Below, piece after piece: positions 11,301 to 19,606 of a stretch of DNA of 64,000 nt. The stretch covers positions 26,053 to 90,052 of the IMG/VR virus record IMGVR_UViG_3300026334_000001, one strand, 5' to 3'. How positions within the stretch are numbered: position 1 is the first letter of the stretch; each line of letters starts with the position of its first letter. Source of the DNA: a virus. Below the pieces are notes generated by a model. It was not told the origin of the DNA, made no database searches, and saw only the letters and a list, made by a program, of their open reading frames with translations. The translations under genes were made by a program, and so were the position numbers.

Positions 11301-13912
11301 CTAATTTAGAAGCTCTTAAGTTTTATGATTTTAAAGATGGTAAAACACAAGCAATGGAAGTATATTTACCTCATTACTTTAAGGAGTATTTTGATAAGAA
11401 TATAGATATTAATGATTTACCAGAAGAGTTAAAGAACTTTGTAGGTTTTAGGATTCCAACACAAGGGTTGAATTCAATTGAAGTAATCAAGATCAAAGGA
11501 TTTCTTCCACAAGAAGCTGGTAATATCATCATTACTCCATCAGAGATTGTTACAAAAGCAGGTTCCGATTATGATATTGATAAATTGACAGTATTCTTCC
11601 CTAACTATAAAGTAAACTATGATATGAAGCAAATGAGAAATGATTTTGCTAGATATGTAGTAGGTACTGGAGGAGAAGTTAGTGGAGAAGAATTAACTAA
11701 TTTAAAATCAATTATTGATAAAGGTAAAGAAGAAGATTCTGATGACATACTTTTAGGAACTCTTCTAGGAGAAAAGGATAGGAATGTATATCAACAGTTT
11801 AAGGAGTTCCAGAAAGAGATGAAACAAGATTATGTTTCTGGAGTTGATTATATTAAATATGAAGAAGGAACTAACGATAAGAAAGCTATTCAGAATGAGA
11901 TTATCAAAATGGCTTCTGACATGGTATCTGCTCCAGAAAACTTTGCTGGTTTGATGACTCCCAATTCTACAGATATTATTAAAGGTGCTGCTAATGAAGT
12001 AAGAAAATTAAAAGGATTAGATCAGAAAGAAGCTGCTACAATTGATAATTTAACTGACTGGTCTTATAACTTAGATGTTAGAAGTAAATACCTATTAGGT
12101 AAAGCTGGTATTGGTCATACTGCATTACAAAACGTACATCATGTTCTTAGTCAAATTGCAGATCTTACAGTTAGCAATCCTGATGTTAAAATTGAATTAG
12201 ATCATAATCTTAAAGATGGTAAGATATTTTTAGGAGGTATTTATGATGCTAATAATAAAACTGATAGTAAATCATATAAGACAATTCTAGATGTAATATC
12301 TGAATTTGCCAATGGTTTCTTAGACGTAGCAAAAGATCCTTTCTTAAAGGATATTAATGCAAACGTAGAAACAATTAATACTTATATGTATTTAATCAGA
12401 GCTGGAGTACCTGTTAGACAATCAGTTCTTTTCATGACACAACCAATTATTACAGATTACTTAGAAGCATTAGAGAAAAATGATTCATTATTCTTGAAGA
12501 ATGTAGAACAACAGAAATCTAAAAAACAGTTAAGAACTGAAGTTGAAGCTAAATATAAATCTACTGCTAAGATTGGAGATTATAAAGCTGCTATCAGTGA
12601 AGCTAACTTAGCTAAGTATCTTAAAGGAGATGTAGATAATGCAGTTCAATTAAGAATACTTTCTGATTATTTTGCTTATAAAGAACAATCAGATAAATTA
12701 GGAGATCTAGTAAATGCTACATCTCAAGATACCAGAGGTACAGGTGCTTCAATGACAGAGGCTCAATTAGTTCAGAATAAATATAATGAAGTTGTTAAAG
12801 AAAAATACTTTGATAATATTCAAGAATTTATGAACCAGACCTTTCTAGGATCGTTTAAAAAATCTGTGGATTTATCTTTGTCTTTATATCAAGATTTATT
12901 CATCACCGAGCGACCAGAAGTTAAGTCATTTTTCAATCAATTAACTATGCAGTTACCAAAAGTGATGAAACAAGATACAAGGGTGAAATTATTGAATATG
13001 ATGAAGAATGATTTTATTCAATACATATTCCAAAACTCTGCATCTAGTTATAAAGATCAAAAAGGTAAGACAGTTGAAGGAGGTAAATTAGGTTATAGAA
13101 CAAGAGAGTTTTTTGCTGGAACAGATTCAATTCCTTATAAAGTTGCAGAGATTAAGAGAGATAAAACTAATCCTCTTCATGATAATCTTCTTATTAATGA
13201 GTTGTATGTAATTACTGGTAATAGTAAAGAATCTACAAATGTAACTACTGAAGGAACTAATAACTTAAAATTATTTAATAAAAGAATGCCTGTTGATGAT
13301 AGTAATAGACTAACAGAAGCATGGAAGGAAATATTTGATACAGATAAAACTTTTGGTGATACTTTATTAAAATTTAGTATATTGCAGTCTGGATTAAATA
13401 GTAGTCCAATTAGTTTCATGAACTTTGCTCCTAATGATGAATATATTAGAGTTGCAAAACAAGTGATGGAAGCTTGGTCAGATTCTCCTATGACAGCAGA
13501 TTTTCTGGAGATGTACTATCAAAACAATTACAAAAGTAATGATTTAGTTCCTAATGTAAAAAGAGTGGAGGTTAGAAATGGTATTGCTAAAATTAGTGAT
13601 ATAAGATATACTAATTCTCCTTACATTAAAACTTGGATTAAAACTACTGCTAACAAAGGATTCTTTAGATTATTGAAGAACACTAATACACAAGTAGATA
13701 ATAATACAATCTTTGAAGAAATAGATAAGAGAGGAAATGGATATCAATTCAAAGAATTTACTACTGGAATTGGAACAATGTTAGTAGATAATAAAGCAGG
13801 TTATAATCCTAGAGTTCAAGAAAAGACTAAAGACGATTATAAAGTTAGTTATACACCTCCATTTGACACTAAAGATGTTCCTTTGGAAGAAGTAAATAAA
13901 TGTGGAATATGA
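2363..13912 (+). CDS. Virion-packaged DNA-dependent RNA polymerase of crAss-like phages (3849 aa)
   Basis: GFRIPTQG...KAGSDYDIDKL with catalytic DxDxD (nt ~11567-11581); ADAQGY, LKPQYFG and FGTQFRKL motifs; zincin-like HESFH...EEELAEEF; Gly-rich hydrophobic N-terminus and coiled coil. Confidence 0.9.
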   Translation: MSKKRSLPQAPIDYTNPSDEDIARGLKQYGVSPYLTPARPESAIEYGTDVSQYGTGLIGEKGGEGFITAPEEQFQDIAAQNQGAGSMLLRGTGRLLGGAAMKTLEGFSLLGSGVLGGIYDATGLDQAIGGKEMTWDDYVDNPVNNTLFKAEDWMKSKMQIYKPSDWNSKSFLEQVSSGAWWADEGSDAAAFALSTLLPAGLLGDAGIGAKMMGTVGEGAGMIDEAGQVLNSGTKVAKALNGGAKALNKVSQALNFGEVGMLNLPKTAGTIDNLVTNALMTTSEALFEARDTGQQMKQEVVKKWNETYPNQKVSDFEELPDQVKQTEKEKMSGNQRDTFLANLAALSFTNKFETALLNKFGSQTAKAGLKALEVSDELLTPAARLTKKGISGFFENTGLKSALKEAATGAFMEGILEENIQSAIQNVSQHYSGNGKDNWFLDALDYTGDVVKGSFDNLSDQEAWKSIGSGMVIGALSGVIGGFKEHRQEVKDANHVAGRLNEATNNFLNVGNALYERIPVIDEQGNPTGATKIKLDQEGNPLYNNEALNRFMANQAMVSSLESIADLYQSTGNEEIASYVKNEAFSKWAQAHLESGLGEEMYAKLKKLGTMKDTDLLQSNIPITTVQGEKVSSQAIANQYIAKAKELEADYRQISKTIPAEQSGRIDNAYQTKSRLRELGKLKDALNLKLGDYQNKIRSGNDTVDLINRKVTQLEASKAQSEFFVNASGENAQAYLSSLDRLEKEITQLKADNKDMLQDQGHDVTPGIEPIPYQTAGMFKSDFQDYTKTNDKLAAIEGGSAELMDHYNGVIDYKNGEEFYNNYLNQGVAGHNLKSELEKAVTEQQAVVDRQEEDQWREFQDNLKQGDFLETPTEQGYVAKDADGNLTFNNRIITPAVLRALQPTKVSEADVALRKQEALDNTRRNQMQARVTGNLQDISVLNDAIRRGEDGLLNNQIELEKLINKSNGKANSTQNQIAKQIEAVKGTIDEIQSGLDVANQRKSNLEQETTNYLQMLESGDVVGVAEVESELAEVNSQIEELNHQISLMEKLKDEGNKFLSFLEDLWKKAFPNKRRQLEKGRQEYTDVKEEIQLSKQQLKQLDENIANTSTILTQLNNRSTVLQNEITQYQLAARAFSPVINTKTEEGVQNKANPVTEDQEGITYNSARNPDVSGAFTFRTTGFHGNDKTGLNPKESQRRWFKWAERTPLSELKNLKLRVVTINDETYGTGKINDLFRDEPMEYKTEHDLKVVVVDSRGNAIDYMGGPVHTNLLLPKDNVSDYKYGDGSSMFINKTGMSDAAIKEKNDTYKKFTQSLKDAKEPVYLEITGKSNGVKARGERTSIREVFGTEDINLQVVTSETITTADGTSISARPGTVITIVDGRVTPLLTRKLSSEEGSKVLDLLKDYSKLRENKKANAKELKDGLSQLKSIVFMGDTADPATSMGFVTGENNFKFGNALISIKELQSGEFDPQIRAFLENKYHQVSNDWLKSKASYEDVFGKKWNSYKDYLIGERDNPLDAPLTSDLVPVTDDINKPSFYSTYVTFGTDIKNSPKAETKSTKTNVSIPVSTVNEEIQNRDEQVVPVKKSIFKKKQASPVVETKSTNQVTVITEDTLLEEPSYEPTFEPPTGTVQKFADVIKGKPVTEVKAPEAELTDDDIEAMIEASFTPKKKEEVVMGVVPVDPSDLFLDATRISENYVKEDTGKAQAWFKQNIGENVPFHLVNGLVNQRAFGMFSKHGEVLISDLAVEGTVYHESFHAVTQLALGKDERKALYDNYRKTRNVDLSDRDVEEELAEEFRTYMLSQGEYKIPEANFFKRLWNAIKKVIGIPQDKIEELYKNISTGKFKGLTAKELDGGNIYSSILSDYSVSFAKELMEGMTTYFMRNLFKNGFSVKDIVKFQEDTLSKDSADRIAGTYNNILSNIAFMWSDEKLAGMDKDTAQEFKDSRNFVTANWKGIVQEHNTYMQRFGINMSFEDTIYSSVTEEDRNKDTLGIINNFEFSTRDGMPNSVKLLFAALPSLDKDGKVATNAIGLHGISDYTANQRLLQNKLSNVSDFKEQVSIIKDLMKVRPEFKYLLQYLGVQDDNETPSTAGSDIFDLQMAFRQQFDKAKYSPQIIIYDEGTIKTVDADDDRIVNAISTEWQNNLKAKLSTANIPSIQTNDLGQLVYNADYLVNKYFKPSTVKKGRLVLKDAGKESLLSFYKDLGIEFSDKDNIDYGKLADKSYFIMNSIQSHPEELNLFAKPHNLRGDLASLLEEEVKSRDDLSDNQHINPEGKTVYSISLNNYLSQTVNVLNRVIPDHLKWNEKDRIGNPFVRNSQWGKKFAAGNKMKLVMLEGAGIAEAGTDAKMADDLTRGDTGSVQFQKVLDGVYPLLQPGDKKLAYGFSFGEEISPKMKYEEMVSQLKGYLSDELLSSWMLNVEGIGADVKNYKSLGKDLRSFKGAITGYEQLIKKKVSRQTILNHIENFVNSDEVTKQVEKWFDNKVDKNIEELKNYQTIKESKLGVFTLLGISEETAEKYAGKKNNLSTQEMKDLVKFFTYGSLHGNIEQTKLFTGDTAFYEFTSKKVDFFKRVSGLIGTGKTAAIGEQINNWFNTNFKQQYIDRDGKIVDGKVSDGKINTVVFNDVKIAAENYNGLLSTMDSLGYDKEYSRGLMKAYSESADEADAQGYITMPEYREFLKRTGDWKDSHEVAYQKMLKGDRLTKEDIYRFPPLKPQYFGNQQYGELYVPTFYKFSVMPLIPQVISDIKANGLKDLMDQMHEQQIGIATFTSGNKVGVVNTHDFYDENGNVKQQTYTPQVVGYEGMKIQLDISPEVKDKVTFGTQFRKLVLMNLKGNSLTIDGKKVDGNELIKKYSGLIDKLIQIDTENLTKKLGIEKKGDKYKINNVKYLKETLVEESVRRGVASNLIEGIEQVFDADKPYMDLLVTRNKMENILMSMVNNNLIKQKMFGDMKVQGASTGFEQTARKQSSVNDQAWASNLEALKFYDFKDGKTQAMEVYLPHYFKEYFDKNIDINDLPEELKNFVGFRIPTQGLNSIEVIKIKGFLPQEAGNIIITPSEIVTKAGSDYDIDKLTVFFPNYKVNYDMKQMRNDFARYVVGTGGEVSGEELTNLKSIIDKGKEEDSDDILLGTLLGEKDRNVYQQFKEFQKEMKQDYVSGVDYIKYEEGTNDKKAIQNEIIKMASDMVSAPENFAGLMTPNSTDIIKGAANEVRKLKGLDQKEAATIDNLTDWSYNLDVRSKYLLGKAGIGHTALQNVHHVLSQIADLTVSNPDVKIELDHNLKDGKIFLGGIYDANNKTDSKSYKTILDVISEFANGFLDVAKDPFLKDINANVETINTYMYLIRAGVPVRQSVLFMTQPIITDYLEALEKNDSLFLKNVEQQKSKKQLRTEVEAKYKSTAKIGDYKAAISEANLAKYLKGDVDNAVQLRILSDYFAYKEQSDKLGDLVNATSQDTRGTGASMTEAQLVQNKYNEVVKEKYFDNIQEFMNQTFLGSFKKSVDLSLSLYQDLFITERPEVKSFFNQLTMQLPKVMKQDTRVKLLNMMKNDFIQYIFQNSASSYKDQKGKTVEGGKLGYRTREFFAGTDSIPYKVAEIKRDKTNPLHDNLLINELYVITGNSKESTNVTTEGTNNLKLFNKRMPVDDSNRLTEAWKEIFDTDKTFGDTLLKFSILQSGLNSSPISFMNFAPNDEYIRVAKQVMEAWSDSPMTADFLEMYYQNNYKSNDLVPNVKRVEVRNGIAKISDIRYTNSPYIKTWIKTTANKGFFRLLKNTNTQVDNNTIFEEIDKRGNGYQFKEFTTGIGTMLVDNKAGYNPRVQEKTKDDYKVSYTPPFDTKDVPLEEVNKCGI

Positions 13913-16900
13913 ATTGTATCTTAACAGCACATCCAACTTATAAAGCACTTGTAGAAGCTGGTTATAGTAAAGATCTAATTAATAGGGCTTGGTATCTAAT
14001 AAATACCAAGTCTTTTAATGATTGGTATGGTGAAGGTAATAAACATCAAGATGATAATAGTCCAATCATTACAAAAGATCTTAAAGTAATAAATGAAACT
14101 GGTCAAGCAGTTTCTCTTGATGATATAGTTGGTTATGGTTTTGTAACTGATGTAAAAGATATCAAACAAAAGTTGAAATATCCTAATTCTCCTTTTAGAT
14201 CAGATGAAAGAGAGAAGTATCGTTTATTTAAACAAGAAGATTATAAACAAGCACTAGCTGTTGCTGCTAAGATTAATACAACTTGGGATAATGTAAAAGC
14301 TAATGTAGAAAGAGCTGTTGGAGAAAAAGGAGATCAGAGAAACTATTTTAGAGTTGTTCTATATGATAACTTTAATAAAGATGAAGCTTTTCAACAACGA
14401 GAAGATGTAAAAGAAGTTACTAAACAATGGGATAAACAACTTGATGATAAGATGAAATCTTATCTTAATAAGTTGGGAATTTCCTATGAAGGAGTAAAAG
14501 CTATTTATGATAAGGCAACTGGAGAAGAAATTCCTGCTATTGCTGTAGCTGATATGGTTAATAAAGTAGTTAAAGTAGTTGAAGGAAAAGCTGGTATAGA
14601 TACATTACCAGAAGAAACTGCTCACTTCTTTGTGAAGATGATTGAAGGATCTCCTCTTTATAATTCAATGTACAATGAGATTACGAATTTTGATGTATAT
14701 AAAGAAGTTGTTAATGATTACTCTGAATTATATAAAGGTAATGATAAGCAACTTAGAGAAGAAGCAATTGGAAAGATGATATCTCAACAAATTGTAAATC
14801 AATTTGAAGATGCTAAAAAAGATAGAGCTGATAGATGGTGGAATAGAGTTTGGAAGCTTATAAAAGAAAAAGTTTTAGGTATAGATTCTAAACAACTACA
14901 AGATGATATTACTAATCTTGCTCCATTTAGTGATGCAGCTAAACAAATACTTGAAGAACAAAAAGTAGATAGAAGAGAAACCAATCCTTCTTTCCTAGAA
15001 GAAAAAAGTGAGCAGGAATATTATCAGTTAGATAAGCAAGATAAAATAGTAAAAGCTATTACTGATACTCAAATTGCATTAGATAGTTCTACTGATAAAT
15101 ATTTCTATATGGAAAATGGAAATAGAGTTGAAGTTAGTAAACGTGTTTCAGATAGAGTAAAAGAAGCTAATATTAAAAGAGGTTTTGGTAAATTTAGTGA
15201 GGCACAAAAAGAGAAATTTACAAAGTATGCTATAGCTGGAACAAGAGGACATGCAGATTTAGCTAATATAATTGATAGAATAACAGCTGAAAAAAATGGG
15301 CAACTTATACCATCTAAAACAAATTTATCTGGAGAAAATGTATATAATATTCTAGAAAATTGGATGAAAGATTTTATATCTAAATTTCCAGCAGGTACTA
15401 AATTTCTTTCAGAACAATCAATTCTAGATAAAGCTGCTAGTGAAGCAGGTACAATGGATTTACTAGCTATTAGTCCTGAAGGAGTTGTAGATATCTATGA
15501 TTTTAAGTTTATTAACTTTGAGAATAAAACAGAGATTCCTTGGAATAAAGAGGAAGATTATAATATTCAATTAGGAAGATATAAACAAATTCTTAAAGAA
15601 AGATATGGAGTTAAAGAGTTTGGTAAATTAAGAATCTTACCAGTTGCAGCTACATATTCAGAACAACATGTTCTTAAATCTATAGAAGTTAATAAACAGA
15701 TTGTTCCATTAGAAGGAAAGAAAGCTTATCTTAATCCATTACCTATGTTTGATGAAATGACAGGTAATGAAGATAAAGATAGATTACTTCAAGTGGCTCT
15801 TAAAGATAGAGAAAGATTGTTAGGAATGCATCCAAAAACAGCAGAAGAAACAGAGTATAAACAAGATAAGCTAAAGAGAATTAATAAAGCTATTAAGGAA
15901 ATACAATTAACAGGCAATATAAAAGAATTTATTAATAATGCTCTATATACTCTTAATAAAGTAAGAGATACAGGATTTGAGAAATTAGATGGTAAACAAT
16001 TTCATGCTTTTCAAGATGAATTAACTTTTTATTCTAATTACTTAATAGATAGTATTGGAGATGAAATGGATAAATTAGATAAAGATACTAAAGATGCAAT
16101 TTCAAAAGTAGTATCTAATTCTCAGTTAATGTTAAAACATGCTACTAAAGAAGTATCTAATAGATTAAAAGGTTATTTTGGAGATGATATAGAAACTCCT
16201 CAAAAAGAATCGGGTCTTTGGACTAGAATGTTTAGAACTTTGAGTCAGCAAAACCATCCTAAAATAGCAGCATTCTATAAATTGGTTCAAAAATCAATAG
16301 AAAAAACAAGAAAAGCTCATGATGAATTAAATGATAATATAAGAAAAACTGTAGATGCATTAAAAGAATTCCAAAAAGGAAAAGGAATAACTGGAACAGA
16401 TGTTTTTAATTATATGCTCACTAAAAATAATAAAGGTGGGTGGGATATGATCTCTAAATTTAATCCTGAATCATATAAAACACTTAATTCTTATAGAGAA
16501 AAAGGAGGTGAAGATGCTCTAAGTTGGATAAAGAAAAATATGACTTTTAATCAAACTGCATATAATGAAACTCTTAATGAAAAAAAGAGAATCTGGAAAG
16601 ATATGTATAAGTTTGATGATGATGCTGTAGGTAAATTTAATGAAAGAGTTAAACAATTTGAAAATAAATATGGTAATAATGATAAAGGTTTAATCAATAA
16701 TAAAGATAATAAATTTCTATCTTTTAAAGATGATCATTTATCAAAAGAGTATAAGAATATATATGCTACAGGAAATGAAGCATTAAAGAATTTCTATGAA
16801 TTATTTCATAAAACTTCATCAGATTTTCAAGATTATACAGGATTGACAAAAGGAGGTGAATTTGTATGGAATATTTCTAATGATCTAATAGATAGTATTG

Positions 16901-18708
16901 GAGAAAATGGATTTGGAGTTTTTAAACATATGAGTTCAGTATGGGAACAATTAGAAGCTAATAAATCAGCACCTTCTATTGGTATGGTAGATCCTACAAA
17001 CGGAGAAAAGTTAAAAAAGATTCCAGTTTATTATGCATATGATAATTATAAAATAGATAAAAAAACAGGAGATAGAGTAATAGATAATAGTGCTCAATCT
17101 AAAGATCTTGGACGGGTTCTTTCATTAGTAGGTGCAATGGCTTATAACCATAAACATATGGAAGAAATTGAAGGAACAGCTAGAATGTTAGAAAAAACAT
17201 TAGCATTAGATACAACTATAGTAACTGATGGTAATGGTAATCCTATAGTTAATACTCTTACAGGTAAAGTACAAACTGCTATTGGAAGTGCAACTAATTT
17301 AGAATCATTACAAGATTTCATGAACTATTATTTATATGGAATCAAAATGAAGACTAAAGATTATGCTTTTAACTTCTTTGGTCATCAATTAAGTATGTTA
17401 AAATCTTTTAATATGCTAAGTAATATGTATACAACCAAATCAATAGCAATGAATCCTATTTCTATCATATCAAATGCTGTGGGAGGTAATTTGAATGCTA
17501 GAATAATGGGAGCTAGATCTAAATTCTATTCAAATACACAGTATACTAATGCTATGTATAATTTAATAGCTAGAAGAGATAGTAAATCAATGGCTTTAAT
17601 GGGATATTTTGATTTAGCTCACGGTCAAGATATATATAAGAAAGCAATCTCTTTATCAGTTAGTGCTTTAACTAAGAATCTAACTTATGATAAGTTATTT
17701 ATAGGTCAGTTAGCCCCAGAAGCTAATATTAGAAATTCAGTTTTACTTGGTATGTTACAAGCACATACATTAGAGAATGGTAAGATTGTTAAAATAACAG
17801 ATGAAAAAAAAGGGGCAACTTCCCTCTTAGATCATATAGAGATAAAAGATGGAAATCTAGATTTTAAAGGAATTTCTGACCAAGAATTAACCAAATTTAG
17901 AAACAGGGCACTTAACGTAGGAGATGACTTACTAGGTAATAATACTAGAGATGATATTAGAGCAGTACACTTATCTATGATGGGTAGAGCTTTGATGACT
18001 TTCAGAAATTGGATTCCTAGAATGCTAGATGAGAGATATGGAGAATTAAGATATAATCAAAATCTAGAAGAGTATGAATTAGGTAGATATAGATCTTTCT
18101 GGAATCAAGTAGTTAATAAACAAATTCATAAATTAGCATTTGATATGATTAAAGGATTTGGAGTATTTGGTTATGCTGGAAAGTTTGGTAATGTAACTGT
18201 AGAACATGCAAAAAGATTATATGAAGAAGCAATAGCTAAAGAACCTGGATTAGCAGATAGAATGACAGAAGATCAATATGTACAATTACATCTTGAAAAT
18301 TTAAGAGCTAATATGATGGAAATATATCTTGTAGCTGGAATGGTTTCTCTTTTAGCAGCTGCTAAACCAGACGATGATGATAAAGATAATCAAAGTTCTC
18401 TTAATAAATATTTAGTTAAACAGTTGGATAGAAATCAATCAGAATTATTGTTCTTTTATAATCCTCAAGAATTTAATAGAATATTAAAATCACCAATACC
18501 GATAACTAATCTATTAAGAGATTACATTGGATTAACCAAAGCTATAGCATTTGAAACTGCTGAAGGAGTTACTGGAAAAGAAGATATAACAAAGAAGAAT
18601 GAAATACCAAAGTATGCAATGAGAGTATTACCTGTTTTAAATGGGTTTGAATCAATACTATCATATATAAATGAAGATTATGATAAGACTGATCCAAGAT
18701 CAAAATAA
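13909..18708 (+). CDS. Large virion cargo protein with degenerate zincin-like and PD-(D/E)XK nuclease-like domains
   Basis: PEETAHFF...EEAIG; GTRGH...AGTMDLL...IYDFK...QLGRY. ATG at 13909 overlaps the upstream TGA (ATGA); the ORF track starts it at 13900. Confidence 0.65.
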   Translation: MNCILTAHPTYKALVEAGYSKDLINRAWYLINTKSFNDWYGEGNKHQDDNSPIITKDLKVINETGQAVSLDDIVGYGFVTDVKDIKQKLKYPNSPFRSDEREKYRLFKQEDYKQALAVAAKINTTWDNVKANVERAVGEKGDQRNYFRVVLYDNFNKDEAFQQREDVKEVTKQWDKQLDDKMKSYLNKLGISYEGVKAIYDKATGEEIPAIAVADMVNKVVKVVEGKAGIDTLPEETAHFFVKMIEGSPLYNSMYNEITNFDVYKEVVNDYSELYKGNDKQLREEAIGKMISQQIVNQFEDAKKDRADRWWNRVWKLIKEKVLGIDSKQLQDDITNLAPFSDAAKQILEEQKVDRRETNPSFLEEKSEQEYYQLDKQDKIVKAITDTQIALDSSTDKYFYMENGNRVEVSKRVSDRVKEANIKRGFGKFSEAQKEKFTKYAIAGTRGHADLANIIDRITAEKNGQLIPSKTNLSGENVYNILENWMKDFISKFPAGTKFLSEQSILDKAASEAGTMDLLAISPEGVVDIYDFKFINFENKTEIPWNKEEDYNIQLGRYKQILKERYGVKEFGKLRILPVAATYSEQHVLKSIEVNKQIVPLEGKKAYLNPLPMFDEMTGNEDKDRLLQVALKDRERLLGMHPKTAEETEYKQDKLKRINKAIKEIQLTGNIKEFINNALYTLNKVRDTGFEKLDGKQFHAFQDELTFYSNYLIDSIGDEMDKLDKDTKDAISKVVSNSQLMLKHATKEVSNRLKGYFGDDIETPQKESGLWTRMFRTLSQQNHPKIAAFYKLVQKSIEKTRKAHDELNDNIRKTVDALKEFQKGKGITGTDVFNYMLTKNNKGGWDMISKFNPESYKTLNSYREKGGEDALSWIKKNMTFNQTAYNETLNEKKRIWKDMYKFDDDAVGKFNERVKQFENKYGNNDKGLINNKDNKFLSFKDDHLSKEYKNIYATGNEALKNFYELFHKTSSDFQDYTGLTKGGEFVWNISNDLIDSIGENGFGVFKHMSSVWEQLEANKSAPSIGMVDPTNGEKLKKIPVYYAYDNYKIDKKTGDRVIDNSAQSKDLGRVLSLVGAMAYNHKHMEEIEGTARMLEKTLALDTTIVTDGNGNPIVNTLTGKVQTAIGSATNLESLQDFMNYYLYGIKMKTKDYAFNFFGHQLSMLKSFNMLSNMYTTKSIAMNPISIISNAVGGNLNARIMGARSKFYSNTQYTNAMYNLIARRDSKSMALMGYFDLAHGQDIYKKAISLSVSALTKNLTYDKLFIGQLAPEANIRNSVLLGMLQAHTLENGKIVKITDEKKGATSLLDHIEIKDGNLDFKGISDQELTKFRNRALNVGDDLLGNNTRDDIRAVHLSMMGRALMTFRNWIPRMLDERYGELRYNQNLEEYELGRYRSFWNQVVNKQIHKLAFDMIKGFGVFGYAGKFGNVTVEHAKRLYEEAIAKEPGLADRMTEDQYVQLHLENLRANMMEIYLVAGMVSLLAAAKPDDDDKDNQSSLNKYLVKQLDRNQSELLFFYNPQEFNRILKSPIPITNLLRDYIGLTKAIAFETAEGVTGKEDITKKNEIPKYAMRVLPVLNGFESILSYINEDYDKTDPRSK

Positions 18709-18714
18709 AAGAAA

Positions 18715-18741
18715 AAACCCTAACTTAATAAGTTAGGGTTT
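18715..18741. terminator. Bidirectional intrinsic terminator between convergent modules
   Basis: AAACCCTAACTT-aat-AAGTTAGGGTTT perfect inverted repeat flanked by A/T runs. Confidence 0.85.
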
Positions 18742-18749
18742 AATTTTAA

Positions 18750-19049
18750 TTATACAGTTGGATATGTTTTTTCTTCTTCTGCTAATTTACTATTAGCTAA
18801 AGCTAAATGAGCTTTAAGATTAGCAACTTCTCTTATTTTATTTCTATAAGCATCATTAAAATTCTTTAAATCTTGTTCTATTTCTTTTATACGCTCAAAA
18901 TCTCTAACTTCTACATCTACATCCACTATGGTTCCAGTTCTAAAATCTAATCCTTTTTCTTTAATAGCTTTTTGTAAGTCAAGAATGATATCTAAATTAT
19001 CAGCAGTATCTTCAACTACCATCTCTAATATAACATGTACTCTTTTCAT
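18750..19049 (-). CDS. Hypothetical protein with C-terminal coiled coil
   Basis: 99-aa ORF in the minus-strand operon. Confidence 0.6.
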   Translation of the reverse strand: MKRVHVILEMVVEDTADNLDIILDLQKAIKEKGLDFRTGTIVDVDVEVRDFERIKEIEQDLKNFNDAYRNKIREVANLKAHLALANSKLAEEEKTYPTV

Positions 19050-19063
19050 AATTTATTTTTAAT

Positions 19064-19579
19064 TTATTTTTTAATTGATTTTGTAACTGGTTTACTATTA
19101 CTAGAAGTAACAGTTTTATCTATATCTCCATCACTACCTTTATTAGCTTCTGCTGTACGTGCTATTATACCAGGAGATACAGTACAATCTTTAGGTGTAT
19201 ATGGTGCTACTCTAGTTGCTTTTTCTTTAGCATTAGCTTCTAGAAGATCTCTATAAAGATGATTGATATTCTTTAAAGAATTCTTAACTAATTGTAGTTC
19301 TTTTTCTGAATCTATTAATGATGTATTTAGTTCTCTATTACTAGTATCTAAATTAAGATACTTTTTTTCAGCTTCTATTCTTAAGTTATTTGCTCTTTCT
19401 AAAGCTCTGCCTTGTTCATCATACATTTTATAAAGACTAGCATATGTGTCTTCTTTTGATAATATCACATCTCTATACTCAGCTATTTTTCTATTAGTTC
19501 TTCTTAAAGAAGACATTAATGTTATAGTCATCACTAAGAAAACTCCACTAAGAATCATAAATAATAATTGTTGTGTCAT
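19064..19579 (-). CDS. Membrane-anchored coiled-coil protein
   Basis: N-terminal hydrophobic helix (LLFMILSGVFLVMTITLM) followed by a heptad-rich region. Confidence 0.6.
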   Translation of the reverse strand: MTQQLLFMILSGVFLVMTITLMSSLRRTNRKIAEYRDVILSKEDTYASLYKMYDEQGRALERANNLRIEAEKKYLNLDTSNRELNTSLIDSEKELQLVKNSLKNINHLYRDLLEANAKEKATRVAPYTPKDCTVSPGIIARTAEANKGSDGDIDKTVTSSNSKPVTKSIKK

Positions 19580-19606
19580 TGTTATCTGTTTTTAAATTGT
19601 TTAAGT

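Noticed and set aside
692-14984. Antisense or alternate-frame ORFs inside the large plus-strand genes (692-1138, 1173-1379, 1244-1486, 10837-11202, 13177-13419, 14799-14984)
   Set aside because: Shadow ORFs nested in well-supported genes, with no motifs.
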